Positions 54,093 to 64,000 of a DNA stretch of 64,000 nt are shown one piece after another (positions within the stretch are counted from its first letter, which is position 1; each line of letters begins with the position of its first letter). Origin of the DNA: Flexilinea sp. GTDB taxonomy: Bacteria > Chloroflexota > Anaerolineae > Anaerolineales > Anaerolineaceae. The notes beneath the pieces are model-generated. The model saw only the letters and a list, made by a program, of their open reading frames with translations, was not told the origin of the DNA and searched no databases. A program made the translations under genes and the position numbers. The stretch is taken from positions 15,292 through 79,291 of the forward strand of contig JAXGRI010000011.1 in NCBI GenBank assembly GCA_040766005.1. Reading direction: 5' to 3'.

Positions 54093-56158
54093 ATGAAAAA
54101 ACTCAAAAAAACAATTCTATTCGGTACAATCTTCCTAATAATCATATCATATCTAATATTCTTGAATCGTCTCGGGAAATTGTCAATTTTCTTCAATCAG
54201 AAAGAATTAAATAGTTTTCAGCCTGACACAGGATATGCATGGATTGCAGATATAGATGATCCAAAAATTGCGTATGGTTACGATTTGCCGATTTCTTTTT
54301 ATGAAGATGAAACCAGGTACTTTCTTGATGAATCTTGGACGACAGCCGATGTCCGTGAAATAGGAAAAGGTAGGTTTGTCGTCTGGAATAATGGAACGAT
54401 ATGTTTTTCAACATCGGATAATACAGATCCAAATGTCAATAACAGAACCTACAAATTTGTTTACCCAAAGATGTTAGGGAATCGGTTAGCACGATATGTT
54501 TATGTAATAACCTTACTTTCCCTTCTAATAATGCTATTTGTTGAAATCATATCAAATCGAAAAAAGATGTCGTCAAAGTTAGAAACCTTTTTGTTTTTTT
54601 GCAAAGAAAATATAACCTATTTTTCTCTACTGGTCGGAATCGCTATCAGCTTTGTTGTTCTTGGTTCAAAATACCTTCTCCGGTTGCCTTTCTGGGGCGA
54701 TGAGTTATTTACTTTAAAGAATTATGTTTTTTCTTCCAACTGGTTTTACCCGGCGACCTATTATAACTATCCCAATAACCATGTCTTTTACTCATTGATT
54801 CTCTCGCTTTATACGAGATTGTTCGGAATAACTTCTTTCTGTGAGGCAGTTATACAGCCCTGGAAAATCAGATCCATTCATCTTTTGTTTGCTGCGGTCA
54901 CAATCATTTTTACATCGTTGACGGCGAGGAAAATAAATCGATTAGCAGGTATCATTGCTCCCTTATTTTTAACGTCCACAATCCCTTTTTATACATGGAC
55001 AACACAAATTCGTGGATATGGTTTGAGCATTATGTGCATGAGCCTGTTACTGTACCATTATTTTGACTATCATCTGTCAAAGAAAAAATATCATCTGTCT
55101 ATTATTACCATTATCGCGGCCTTACTGATCTATATAATGCCATCTAATGCGATTTTTATAATTGCATTGATGATTGTTGAATTTATTGAGACAATCAGAA
55201 ACTGTTCTGCTTTGAAACCGCCGTTTGATTGGAAATTCCAGTTTTGTAAAAGTTTAAAGGATTGTTTTGAATACAAACTGCTACGATCGTTTTTGTTTGG
55301 AGGTTTACTGTCGTTGTTCCTTTACTTTCCAATTCTTGATCAGGTTTTGATGCGTATCTTCTGACGGCGCCCAACGCAATTTTTCGTTGCAATCAGCTAT
55401 TATGTCGATAACTAAACTTTTGCAGAACAGCGTCCATGCTGCAAAGTCCTTTTATAGCTAATAATGAATGGTTTGTAATCGTTGGTCTGATCGGTGCAAT
55501 ACTTTATATTGTTCAAAAGCGAAAGAAAGACCCGATCTTCTCGTTTTCTGTTCGGTCAATGTTGCTGGTCATATTATTGCCGGTATTTCTTTTCGGTATC
55601 ACCCAGTATGTCCCTTATCCGAGGAACTATCTGCCACTGATACCCGTGTACGCTTTTTTAGCTGCCGTTTTGATCAGCTGTATTTCGGATGTATTAACAA
55701 ATAACTTTCTGAAAAAATCTTTTATTCTGATCATGATTGTCGTATCTCAGTTTTCCCTGATTTTTCAAGCAAAGCAATTATCAGAGATGAAACCTGCTTT
55801 GGGGTTGTCGGATTTGTCGAACTTGGCAAAGCCATATTTTGTTTCTGACAATTTCAAGATCAATGATACGTTGAAAACTTTAGCGGCGGTCAATGTGCAA
55901 AAACATCCAATTCTTTTTTCTGACCCCAAAGAATATTATCTCGAAGCGATATGTGAATGCTTTGGTGAGGTCTGCTTTTATGATGCGACTGGGCCATTAT
56001 CTCAGGAACAAATTTCATCAAAAGCGCCTTATTGGCTCATTCAAACCAATTGGTCGGATCAATCGAAAGGACTTCAATCTGCTGTTTTCGAGAATCAGTG
56101 TGTACTCTCTTCAAAAATTGAGGAAGCACAATATACTGTTTATGTGTGCAATCAATGA
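54093..56158 (+). CDS. GT-C-like polytopic protein with N-terminal extracytoplasmic module, AT-rich (frameshifted at 55360-55436)
   Basis: FWGDELFT, PNNHVFYS, QIRGYGL, YPRNYL. Confidence 0.7.
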
Positions 56159-56258
56159 ATGATGAAAGAATTTTGTCTTAGTGCCAGGCAATTCATTGTA
56201 AGTATTAAGGCAGGTTATTTTTCTTCTGGTGGATTAGAAAATCCACTATAATTCATCT

Positions 56259-57996
56259 TTGATGGAAGATAAAAAGAAAGACCATATGACAGTTCGATTG
56301 TCTTCGGAGCAGCAAGAGATTTTCAGCCAGGTTCGTAACACATTGACGGAGCTGCTTGCGTCCGTTTCCCGTACAAACCTTCAGCAAGCTGAAACTGAAA
56401 CGCTGCGCGATACGCTGAAAACGCTGGAAGACCGCTTCCTGATCGTGATTGTTGGCGAATTCAATTCCGGAAAATCAACTTTTATTAATGCGCTACTGAA
56501 CACTGACCTGTTGCAGACCGGCGTTACACCAACTACGGCCTTGATTCATCTGATCCGGCATGGTGAAACACAGACCATCACATCGGTTGAGGACTGGGGG
56601 TTGCTGGTGACGCTGCCCTCACCGCTGCTGGAATCGGTCAGTCTGGTGGACACGCCGGGCACCAACTCGGTTTTTGCGGATCATGCGATCCTGACAAATT
56701 GGTTTTTCCCACGCGCAGATCTGGTGATTTTTGTTACCTCAGCTGACCGTCCTTATTCCGAAAGCGAAAGCCACTTTTTACAGGAGATTCGGCAATGGGG
56801 GAAAAAACTGATCATCATTCTGAATAAAACCGATCAGGTCGAAGGGAAAAAAGAACTCGAAGATATTGTCCGTTTTATTCAGGAGAATGCTCAACGGGAG
56901 TTGAAGACAGACATTCCGGTTTTGGCGGTCAGTTCCCGTACAGCTGATACTGCCCGAAAAAACCAGGCGCCGGAGCTGTGGGAGGAGAGCGGTTTCCGCC
57001 GCCTTGAACAATTCCTGCAGGATCGGCTGAATGAAAGCTCCGCTTAAAATCAAGATGGAATCTGCGCTGGGTGTTGCCGAAAAATTAGCAGCCGAAACTG
57101 AATCGTTGCTGGTTGAAGAACAGGCGTTTTATCAGGAAGATCTTGAACTGACGGAATTGATCCAAAATCAGGCGGTATCTTATCAGACTGAGCTGGATAA
57201 GGAAATCAATCGTTCCATCCGGGAAATTCGCAGCATTTTTGCTGAGATCAAAAAACGCGGAAACGATTATTTTGAAGAGCTTTTCAGGGTAAAGAATATT
57301 CCGAATATCCTGAAAAAGGAGAAAAACCAGCTGGATTTCCAAGATAAAGTGCTAAAGACGCTGCCGACCGAAATCGAACGAAAGACGAACGAAATGGTGG
57401 AGTCTATCTATTTTCAACAGCAGCAGATGACCCAGTTTGCGACTTTGCAGATCGAAAAGCGTAAAACCCATTTTCCCGGATCAGGCATTTCAGCCAGTGA
57501 ACAGACCCAACGCAAAGAGCTGTTGCAGAAGATGCAGCGCTCTATTGATGACATTCTTGATAAATTAAAACATGAAATGGCGGAAGAGATTGGGCAGAAA
57601 CACGTTCGATCGGCAGTTGCCACAGGGTTGGCGATTGAAGTCTCCGCGATTGGAATTGGTGCAGCGCTGACGATTATCGCTACGACGGTTGCAACTGACA
57701 TCCTTGGGATTGTCGCCGCTTTTTGGATCGGGATTGCCGGTTTTCTGGTGATGCCCTATTACCGTAAAAAAAGCCAAAAGGAGTTTGAGACACAAATCAG
57801 CAGTGTTGAAGAAAAGTTGGTGCATGCTTTGGAAAAAGAGTTGCGTTCAGAAGTTTCAAATCAGGCGCGTCAGTTTGAACAGGCTGTTGCTCCTTTCAGG
57901 CAGTATGTTCAAAACGCCTTACAAAAAATCGCCGGTGTCCATAACGATCTGGAAAAGATCCAGGAGGAAATCCTGCAAATCCGGCAACAACTGTAA
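56259..57996 (+). CDS. Dynamin-like GTPase with C-terminal TM hairpin (frameshift near 57040)
   Basis: VGEFNSGKSTFINALL, TGVTPTT, DTPG, NKTD, VSS; coiled coils and hydrophobic hairpin AIGIGAAL..GFLVMPY. Confidence 0.88.
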
Positions 57997-58153
57997 TTTG
58001 TCCCAGCGATAATCTTGTAGTCTTCGGCAGGTTCTCCCGACAGATGATTTACGGATCTCTAATATTTTCACGGTAAAATAAAAAGGCAGCCCGGATGGGT
58101 GTGTATAGAAATGAAATAACAGAGCGGATTGTGACCAATCCGTTGGAGTAAAC

Positions 58154-59273
58154 ATGAACACAATTTGGATCATATTGCAATTTATTCTGGCTTTTGGAAT
58201 CATGGTATTTCTCCATGAATTGGGACATTTTATCATGTCAAAATTGTTCAAGGTCGAGGTCGAAGAATTCGGCATCGGTCTGCCACCGCGCATGCTCAAG
58301 TTGTTCACCTGGGACAACACCCTTTTTTCGTTGAACTGGCTTCCTTTTGGTGCGTTTGTGAAACCGAAGGGTGAGTTTGGCGATGACACCTCTGAAGGCG
58401 GTTTTAAAAGCGCCAAACCCTGGCAGCAGCTTTTGATTTACATCGGCGGCCCATTGATGAACCTGCTAACAGCCTTTGTAATTTACGCAGTTATCATCTT
58501 GAATATTGGCTACCCAGATCATCAAACTGTGCTGATTGAACGGGTTGAGCCCAATTCCCCGGCTGAAATTGCCGGGATCCAGCGCGGCGACCATATTCTC
58601 TCGATTCAGGGGAACAAAGTCGATGATTTCTCGGTGGTGATTCAAACGGTAGATAAAAACCTTGAAAAAACCATTCCGCTGGAAGTTGTGCGGAATGGTG
58701 AAACGCTGGATCTTCAAGTTACGCCGTTGAAAAATCCGCCTGAAGGCAGAGGGCGATGGGAATTGTCATCACCTATCCGATGAAAAGTTATCCGTTTTCT
58801 CTGGAATTGCAACAGCCTTCTCGAATACCGGTCATATGATTCGCCAATATCTGGTTGGAATCGGACAGTTGATCAGCGGAAAGATGGAGATGGGTCTGGA
58901 ATCGATCGTCGGCCCTGTTGGAATGTACAGTTTTTATGAGGAAGCTGCCACGCTGGACATGACTCAGGAAGTTGAAAATCAGAAAAAAAAGCCGCTAATT
59001 GAAGGACAACGTACTCAAAGCGATATTTCTATGGGATGGATGAACCGTCTGTTGTTTTTTGCTGTTATTTCGATTGCGCTTGGCATTACCAACCTGTTCC
59101 CAATTCCGGCATTGGATGGCGGCAGAATTCTGTTCTTGCTCCCGGAACTGCTCTTCAAAAAAAAGCTGCCGGCAAAGGTGGAATATTATTACAACGCGGT
59201 GGGCATGGTTTGCCTGCTGCTGCTGATGGCTTTTATCATGTTTAAAGATATCTTTATGCTTTCAAATGGTTAA
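58154..59273 (+). CDS. rseP: RseP/RasP site-2 protease (M50) with PDZ domain (frameshifted near 58750-58830)
   Basis: HELGH, EFGIG, LPFGAFV, GGPLMN, PDZ SPAEIAGIQRGD, NLFPIPALDGG. Confidence 0.93.
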
Positions 59274-60575
59274 TCATATGAAAAAAAAGTCTCATTCCCA
59301 GAAACAGGAACATACGTTTGATTTAGCGCTGGAGGCACTGGAAAAAGCGGATGATGTTCGCATAGCGACGATGATCGGCGCTTTTTCAGACCTTACGGAC
59401 AAAATGGAACAGCGTTTTTTGACAGTCTGGCAGGGTCTTACGCCAGCGTTTCAGGAAACATTTTTCCATCGGCTGGCGTTTGCTGCCGCGGAGGATAACC
59501 TGCTGGACTTCACTGTCATCGCTTTCCACGGGCTGAGAAGTCCCCAAGCCGGTATTCGCTGGGTCGCGCTGCGATTGTTAGAGGATGTGCGGAAAAGCGC
59601 CTTGTTGGAGGAAATGATTCGTCTGGCTGATGCAGATCCGGACACCGCTGTGCGGGAAGAAGCAGTCAAAGGCCTCGGACGATTTTTAGTCGATTGTGAC
59701 TTATCGGAAAGACACCAGAAACGGGCTGAACGAATCAGAACCGCTCTTGAGCAACTGCGCACATCGGACAACGAAACGGTCGCCCTCGCTGCGATGGAAT
59801 CGCTGGCGTTCGTTGATCCGGGTTCGATTGATGAGCAGGTACGCGCTTGCCTGATCGGGCGACATTCGCGGGAAGTTTGCGCAGGGCTGCGGGCGATCCA
59901 AAATTCGCTGAATCGGAAATGGGCGGCGGATGTATTGGACAATCTGGATGAGGACAATCCGGATATTCGTCTGGAAGCGATTCGGGCTGCTGGACAACTG
60001 CAACTCAAAAAGGCGTTGCCTTCTTTGCAGCGGCTGCTGGTCGATTTTGATGAGTTGGATGATGATACGCTCGAAGCTGTAATTCTTGCAGCATCGCAAA
60101 TCGGAGGCAACCCAGTTGAGAAAATGATGGGCCCTTCTTTCGGATGCGCTGGATGATAGTGATCGGCGAGACTTGTTCGAAGAAGCACAAGCCAATCTGG
60201 AATTGGCGCAGTTTCGAGCAACGATGGCAAAGGACCCGATTAAGCGCGTTTTTTCCCGCAAGATATCGATGAGGATGCAGATTTTGCGGATCAGGAAGAA
60301 CTGGATTATATCCAACAGCTGCGCGATAAAATTGATGCGTTGCCGTATCGGGAATCAGAAGATGATGCAGTGATGACGACGACGATGACGATGACGATGA
60401 AGCCGACGACCGTGATGGTTACCGTAAAACGAAAAAGGCGACACAATCATCTCGGTTTGGAAAAATTGAAGAAATTGACTGGAGCCGCTGGTTATTGAAA
60501 ATCCGGAGGATGAGGATGGACGGTTTCGACGATTTAGACGATCTGGAAGCCCTGGATTCCGGACGTTGCCGATAA
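59266..60575 (+). CDS. HEAT-repeat protein with long acidic C-terminal tail (frameshifted, end approximate)
   Basis: DPDTAVREEAVKGLG, DNPDIRLEAIRAAG repeats; tail across frames DIDEDADFADQEE..DDDDDDDDDEADD..DDLDDLE. Confidence 0.75.
60359..60410 (+). repeat. GAY trinucleotide-like repeat encoding poly-Asp
   Basis: gatgatgcagtgatgacgacgacgatgacgatgacgatgaagccgacgac. Confidence 0.7.
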
Positions 60576-60589
60576 TCCCCGTCACTTTT

Positions 60590-61094
60590 CTATATAGGTT
60601 GCGCGGATTTACCAGGCGGGTCAAAGCATCGCCGCTGATACGGTAGACTGTCAAAGCATCCATCGGCTCTGCCCCCAGCGAGCGATGAAAGCAATGCTGG
60701 TTTCGTTCAGTCCAGGCACCACCATTCGAGCACGCCCGCATTCTCGTTCAAGAGCGATTTTTGCCAGCCGCTGAAAAAGCGGCTGCCGAATTTTTTGTTG
60801 CGATATTCAGGCAAAACGAATAGATCTTCCAGATAGATGCCGGCACGACAGAAATGTTGAAAAATTATGGAAAAAAAGTGCGAAACCAATCGGATTCCCG
60901 TCTAATTCGCCGATCAGCACTTCAGCCGCTTTTTTCTCGAACAGCCACTCTCTTAGGAGGATCGATTCCGTGGCGATCACCTGATCAGCCATTTTTTCAT
61001 ATTCAGCCAGTGCCTTGATGAAATATAGGATCAGCGGTGTGTCGCCTGGCGAGGCAAAACGAATCGTAAAGTTGTCCATTCGATTTTGGTTCAT
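60590..61094 (-). CDS. GNAT acetyltransferase, diamine/spermidine N-acetyltransferase-like (frameshifted, end approximate)
   Basis: IRFA, FIKALAEYEK, GFALFFHNFSTF, GIYLEDLFVLPEYR, LEWWCLD, SLGAEPM. Confidence 0.85.
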
Positions 61095-61339
61095 ATGGAT
61101 TATTCCGTTCCTGGCGGGTATCTTTAGTTCTATTTTGCCACAAGTTTTTGGAAAAAGTCTGATGACGTGAAGTGTGTTTTCTGCTGTCTTCGGTTTCGGA
61201 TCTTTTTCACAGGTTTTGCCGTCCGATATCATCAATAAGAAAGATCAATGAATCATAAGGTAAAGCAAGTCAGTCTGCTTAGGATATCCGGTTGAGATAA
61301 AATCGTAAGCGCTGGCAAATAAATTCGATGGGGTGGATT

Positions 61340-62815
61340 ATGGGAAAACTGGATCATGACAAATTGAATGAAATCATTGAACGCACGATGCGGAAATATC
61401 GATGTCCGGCTTTGTCCATTGCAGTCATTGAACAGGGGAAAACCACATTGCAGCGCGGTTATGGTACTCGGGAGATGGGAAAGGAAGAAACAGTTGACGC
61501 GAACACATCCTACGCAATCGCATCGATGTCTAAATCGACCGTTTCTACTGCGCTGGCGATGCTGCATGAGCAGAAATTGTTCGATTGGGATGATCGTGTG
61601 ACCCGCTTTTTGCCCGATTTTCGCTTTTATGATCCGTTTGCCAGCACTGAAATACGCGTGATTGACCTCCTGATGCATAACTCAGGACTCCATAGTGAGA
61701 GTGGGGGAACGATCTGGTATGGTTCAGATTATACGCGCGTGAAAAAATTTGTCCGGCGCTTGCGTTTTTTGCGCCCGCTTAACAGTTTCGCAGCCAGTAT
61801 GCCTATCAGAACGTCTGTTACCTTGTCGCCGGGATGGCCGTTGAAAAAATTTGCGGGATGAGCTGGAAGTGACTTTGTGCAGGAGCAGATTTTTTCGCCC
61901 TTGGGGATGACACGCACGTTCCCGACCATGTGCAGCCGCGACGCTGCCCGGTCGACAATATCGCTGCTCCTTATGCTCGGAAGATCGAAGGGGAAGCTGA
62001 CACAAATTCCATATCAAACCATGACAACGCGTCAGACTGGCTGCGTCCGTTCATTCAACTGCTGCTGATCTGGCGCGCTATCTCCATCTGTTTCTGAGCG
62101 GTGGGATGGCAGGTTCGGCTCGCTTGCTTTCAGCGGAGTCGATCAACTTTCTGCATCAACCGCACATTTTGGTGCCGCAGGAACCGTTAGAGAAGCATTC
62201 ACATCCGCGCCTGTACACCCGTCTTAGCGCCTATGGTCTGGGTTGGACAGTGCAAGACTATGACGGTTGGAGGAGAATCGGGCATTCTGGCGGTGTTGAC
62301 GGCATACGTTGTCGGATGGAAATGCTGGAATTGAACGCTGGAGCGGTGAAAGTGCAAACAAATTTTGAAGATCGCCGCGTGTACGCTCCGTGCTCTACTC
62401 GGTGTTAGACATGTTGTGCGGTCTTGAACCGGTTGACTGGGCGGAAACGCTTGAGAATGATGTTGACGCGCCGCAGGACATCAATATCTCGGAGCCGGAT
62501 TTCAGGGACGCATCCGTCTCTGATGCCGGCGAATATTCGGGTGTTTATCAGGATTCAGTTTATGGGGATATTCTCGTTGAAAATAATGATGGCGCGCTGA
62601 TGCTCCGGTTTAGCCATACCCCGGCTTTTACTGCGGATCTCTCCCGACGGCATTACGACACATTTCAATTACATTGGCGCGATCGCTATATTCCTGATGG
62701 CATGATCACTTTCCAGTTGAACGCATCTGGCGCTGTCAAATCATTCCATCTGGATCAGCCGCGGCTGTTGGATGTCGATTTTACGGAACTGGATGAATAT
62801 ATCCGCAAAAAATGA
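61340..62815 (+). CDS. Beta-lactamase-family serine hydrolase with DUF3471-like C-terminus (frameshifted)
   Basis: IASMSK (SxxK), DLLMHNSG, IFSPLGM, YGLGW, GHSGG, YSGVYQDSVYG. Confidence 0.88.
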
Positions 62816-62829
62816 CCTGAACTACTGCT

Positions 62830-63075
62830 TTAAAGCTTGTCGGATTCTGGATCATAAATAAAAAGGACAATGGAGAACCTCCAAAGAACAGCATCATTCT
62901 TTATAGCAGTCTGTATGGCGCTGCCCGCTGATGTCTCGAGGCGTTCGACCTTAGAACCGGGTATGCTGTTCACGATTGCAACACGGTTAAGTTTATCAAA
63001 TCTAAAGAAAAAGTATTCTTTTCCATCGGGCTTTATGCCGGCGGGATCGTTTACACGAACCTCAGTCTGAAACAC
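62830..63075 (-). CDS. Hypothetical protein (probably 5'-frameshifted)
   Basis: 81-aa ORF co-oriented downstream of the feo genes; no family recognised. Confidence 0.3.
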   Translation of the reverse strand: MFQTEVRVNDPAGIKPDGKEYFFFRFDKLNRVAIVNSIPGSKVERLETSAGSAIQTAIKNDAVLWRFSIVLFIYDPESDKL

Positions 63076-63227
63076 CAGATTATGGTGAAGCTGCCGGTGA
63101 ATGAAGCAGACGAATACCGCGGGACAAACGGCCGGATGAAGTTTGTACGATGATCGCGATCCGCGGACAACATGTTGATATTGTTGATTCTTTCGGGCTG
63201 GGCTGCTGCAATTTGGCTAAAAAGTCG

Positions 63228-63431
63228 TTACTCCGCTGTAGATCCATCAGTGCCAGGATTGCCGGTTTTTCGGCAGGCTTGACAGCAGTCTGGCATTTCG
63301 GATTGCGGTATCCCATAAATCTGGTGGGCGTGCTCACAAGCGGAACAAGGATCATTCCGTTTGCGGATCAGCCGGATCACAGCCAACACAACCAGTATCG
63401 CCACAACGCCGATAATTATCCATTCGATCAT
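63228..63431 (-). CDS. FeoB-associated Cys-rich small membrane protein
   Basis: Single TM, basic patch RKR, CSAC..CCQAC; immediately downstream of feoB. Confidence 0.7.
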   Translation of the reverse strand: MIEWIIIGVVAILVVLAVIRLIRKRNDPCSACEHAHQIYGIPQSEMPDCCQACRKTGNPGTDGSTAE

Positions 63432-63444
63432 AAAACGTATCCTT

Positions 63445-64000
63445 TTACAAAATCAAAAGCGCTGCTCGATAAGAGAGGAAAGCGACGAGCCAGGCGATTG
63501 TTAGTTGCAGCACAACGGACAACAATACCCAGCGCATTCCAATTTCGCGTTTCATGGTGGCGATTGCTGCGAAACAGGGCGGATAGAGCAGCACGAACAC
63601 CAGGAAGCTGAAAGCTGACGCCGCTGAAAAAACGGTTGAAAGAGCGTTTGAAAGCCCAATATCAGACGCTTTGTATACAACCGCCATAGCGCTGACCACG
63701 CTTTCTTTTGCAAGCAGCCCGGAAATCAGCGAGGTGACAGCCTGCCAGTTGCCAAAACCCAAAGGAGCGAACAACGGCGCTGCCAAATTGCCGATCGCAG
63801 CCAAAATGCTTTGTGTAGAATCGCTCACCCAGAAGAAGCGGATGTCAAAAGAGCCGAGGAACCAAATAACGATTGTGCCAACCAGAATCACTGTCATGGC
63901 GCGTTCGATAAAATCACTTGCCTTTTCCCAAACATGCAGCGTGACGTTTCGTAAAGTCGGTAGCCGATAAGGCGGCAATTCGATGATAAATGGCGATGGC
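63445..64000 (-). CDS. feoB: Ferrous iron transporter FeoB, C-terminal part
   Basis: FIIELPPYRLP, PLFAPLGFGNWQA, LLAKESVVS, FVLLYPPCFAAIA..RE. Confidence 0.95.
   Translation of the reverse strand, partial: PSPFIIELPPYRLPTLRNVTLHVWEKASDFIERAMTVILVGTIVIWFLGSFDIRFFWVSDSTQSILAAIGNLAAPLFAPLGFGNWQAVTSLISGLLAKESVVSAMAVVYKASDIGLSNALSTVFSAASAFSFLVFVLLYPPCFAAIATMKREIGMRWVLLSVVLQLTIAWLVAFLSYRAALLIL

Noticed and set aside
59451-60315. Long antisense ORFs (259 aa, 204 aa), and similar ones opposite priA, comM and ftsH
   Set aside because: Shadow ORFs of well-supported genes on the other strand, with no protein-like motifs.
60621-60660. 10-bp direct repeat TCAAAGCATC x2
   Set aside because: It falls inside the GNAT coding region (DAL twice); no element lies between the copies.
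1-64000. CRISPR array, IS/transposase, integrase, prophage, rRNA
   Set aside because: I saw no regularly spaced repeats and no recognisable mobility, phage or rRNA sequence.

Overview
A gene-dense bacterial chromosomal window, mostly housekeeping and envelope genes. Protein styles (FtsH, EF-P, HEAT-repeat protein, many polytopic glycosylation proteins) suggest an anaerobic Chloroflexota (Anaerolineaceae-like) genome; this is inference. Many genes are split by 1-nt indels, including core genes such as priA and efp. I read these as long-read consensus errors, not pseudogenes, so many coordinates are approximate. Contents in order: heavy-metal P-type ATPase and HMA chaperone; priA; YgfM/XdhD-like molybdoenzyme; secreted MTAN-fold nucleosidase; xylB; tRNA-Arg(GCG) followed by an AT-rich islet; wecB; comM; M1 peptidase; cobamide-remodelling operon (NTPase-cobS-cbiR-cobU) with a divergent FecCD/BtuCDF-type ABC importer; an 8-gene glycosylation operon containing a bactofilin; pheA; ogt-GNAT-DUF2804; SdpR-like regulator with an ABC exporter; a degenerate GH51-like protein; efp; ygeY-ygeW; ftsH with a glutaminyl-cyclase-like M28 enzyme; two AT-rich GT-C-like genes; dynamin-like GTPase, rseP and a HEAT protein; GNAT; serine hydrolase; feoB 3' end. 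I saw no CRISPR array, transposase, integrase or rRNA. Best candidates for undescribed biology: (1) an exported nucleosidase with Asn in place of the MTAN catalytic Asp, next to a purine-type molybdoenzyme; (2) a P-loop NTPase translationally coupled to cobS-cbiR-cobU; (3) a type II glutaminyl cyclase with Gln-exposing signal-peptide substrates, a possible Q-rule outside Bacteroidota; (4) a bactofilin inside an amino-sugar/GT-C operon; (5) an apparently catalytically dead GH51 homologue.
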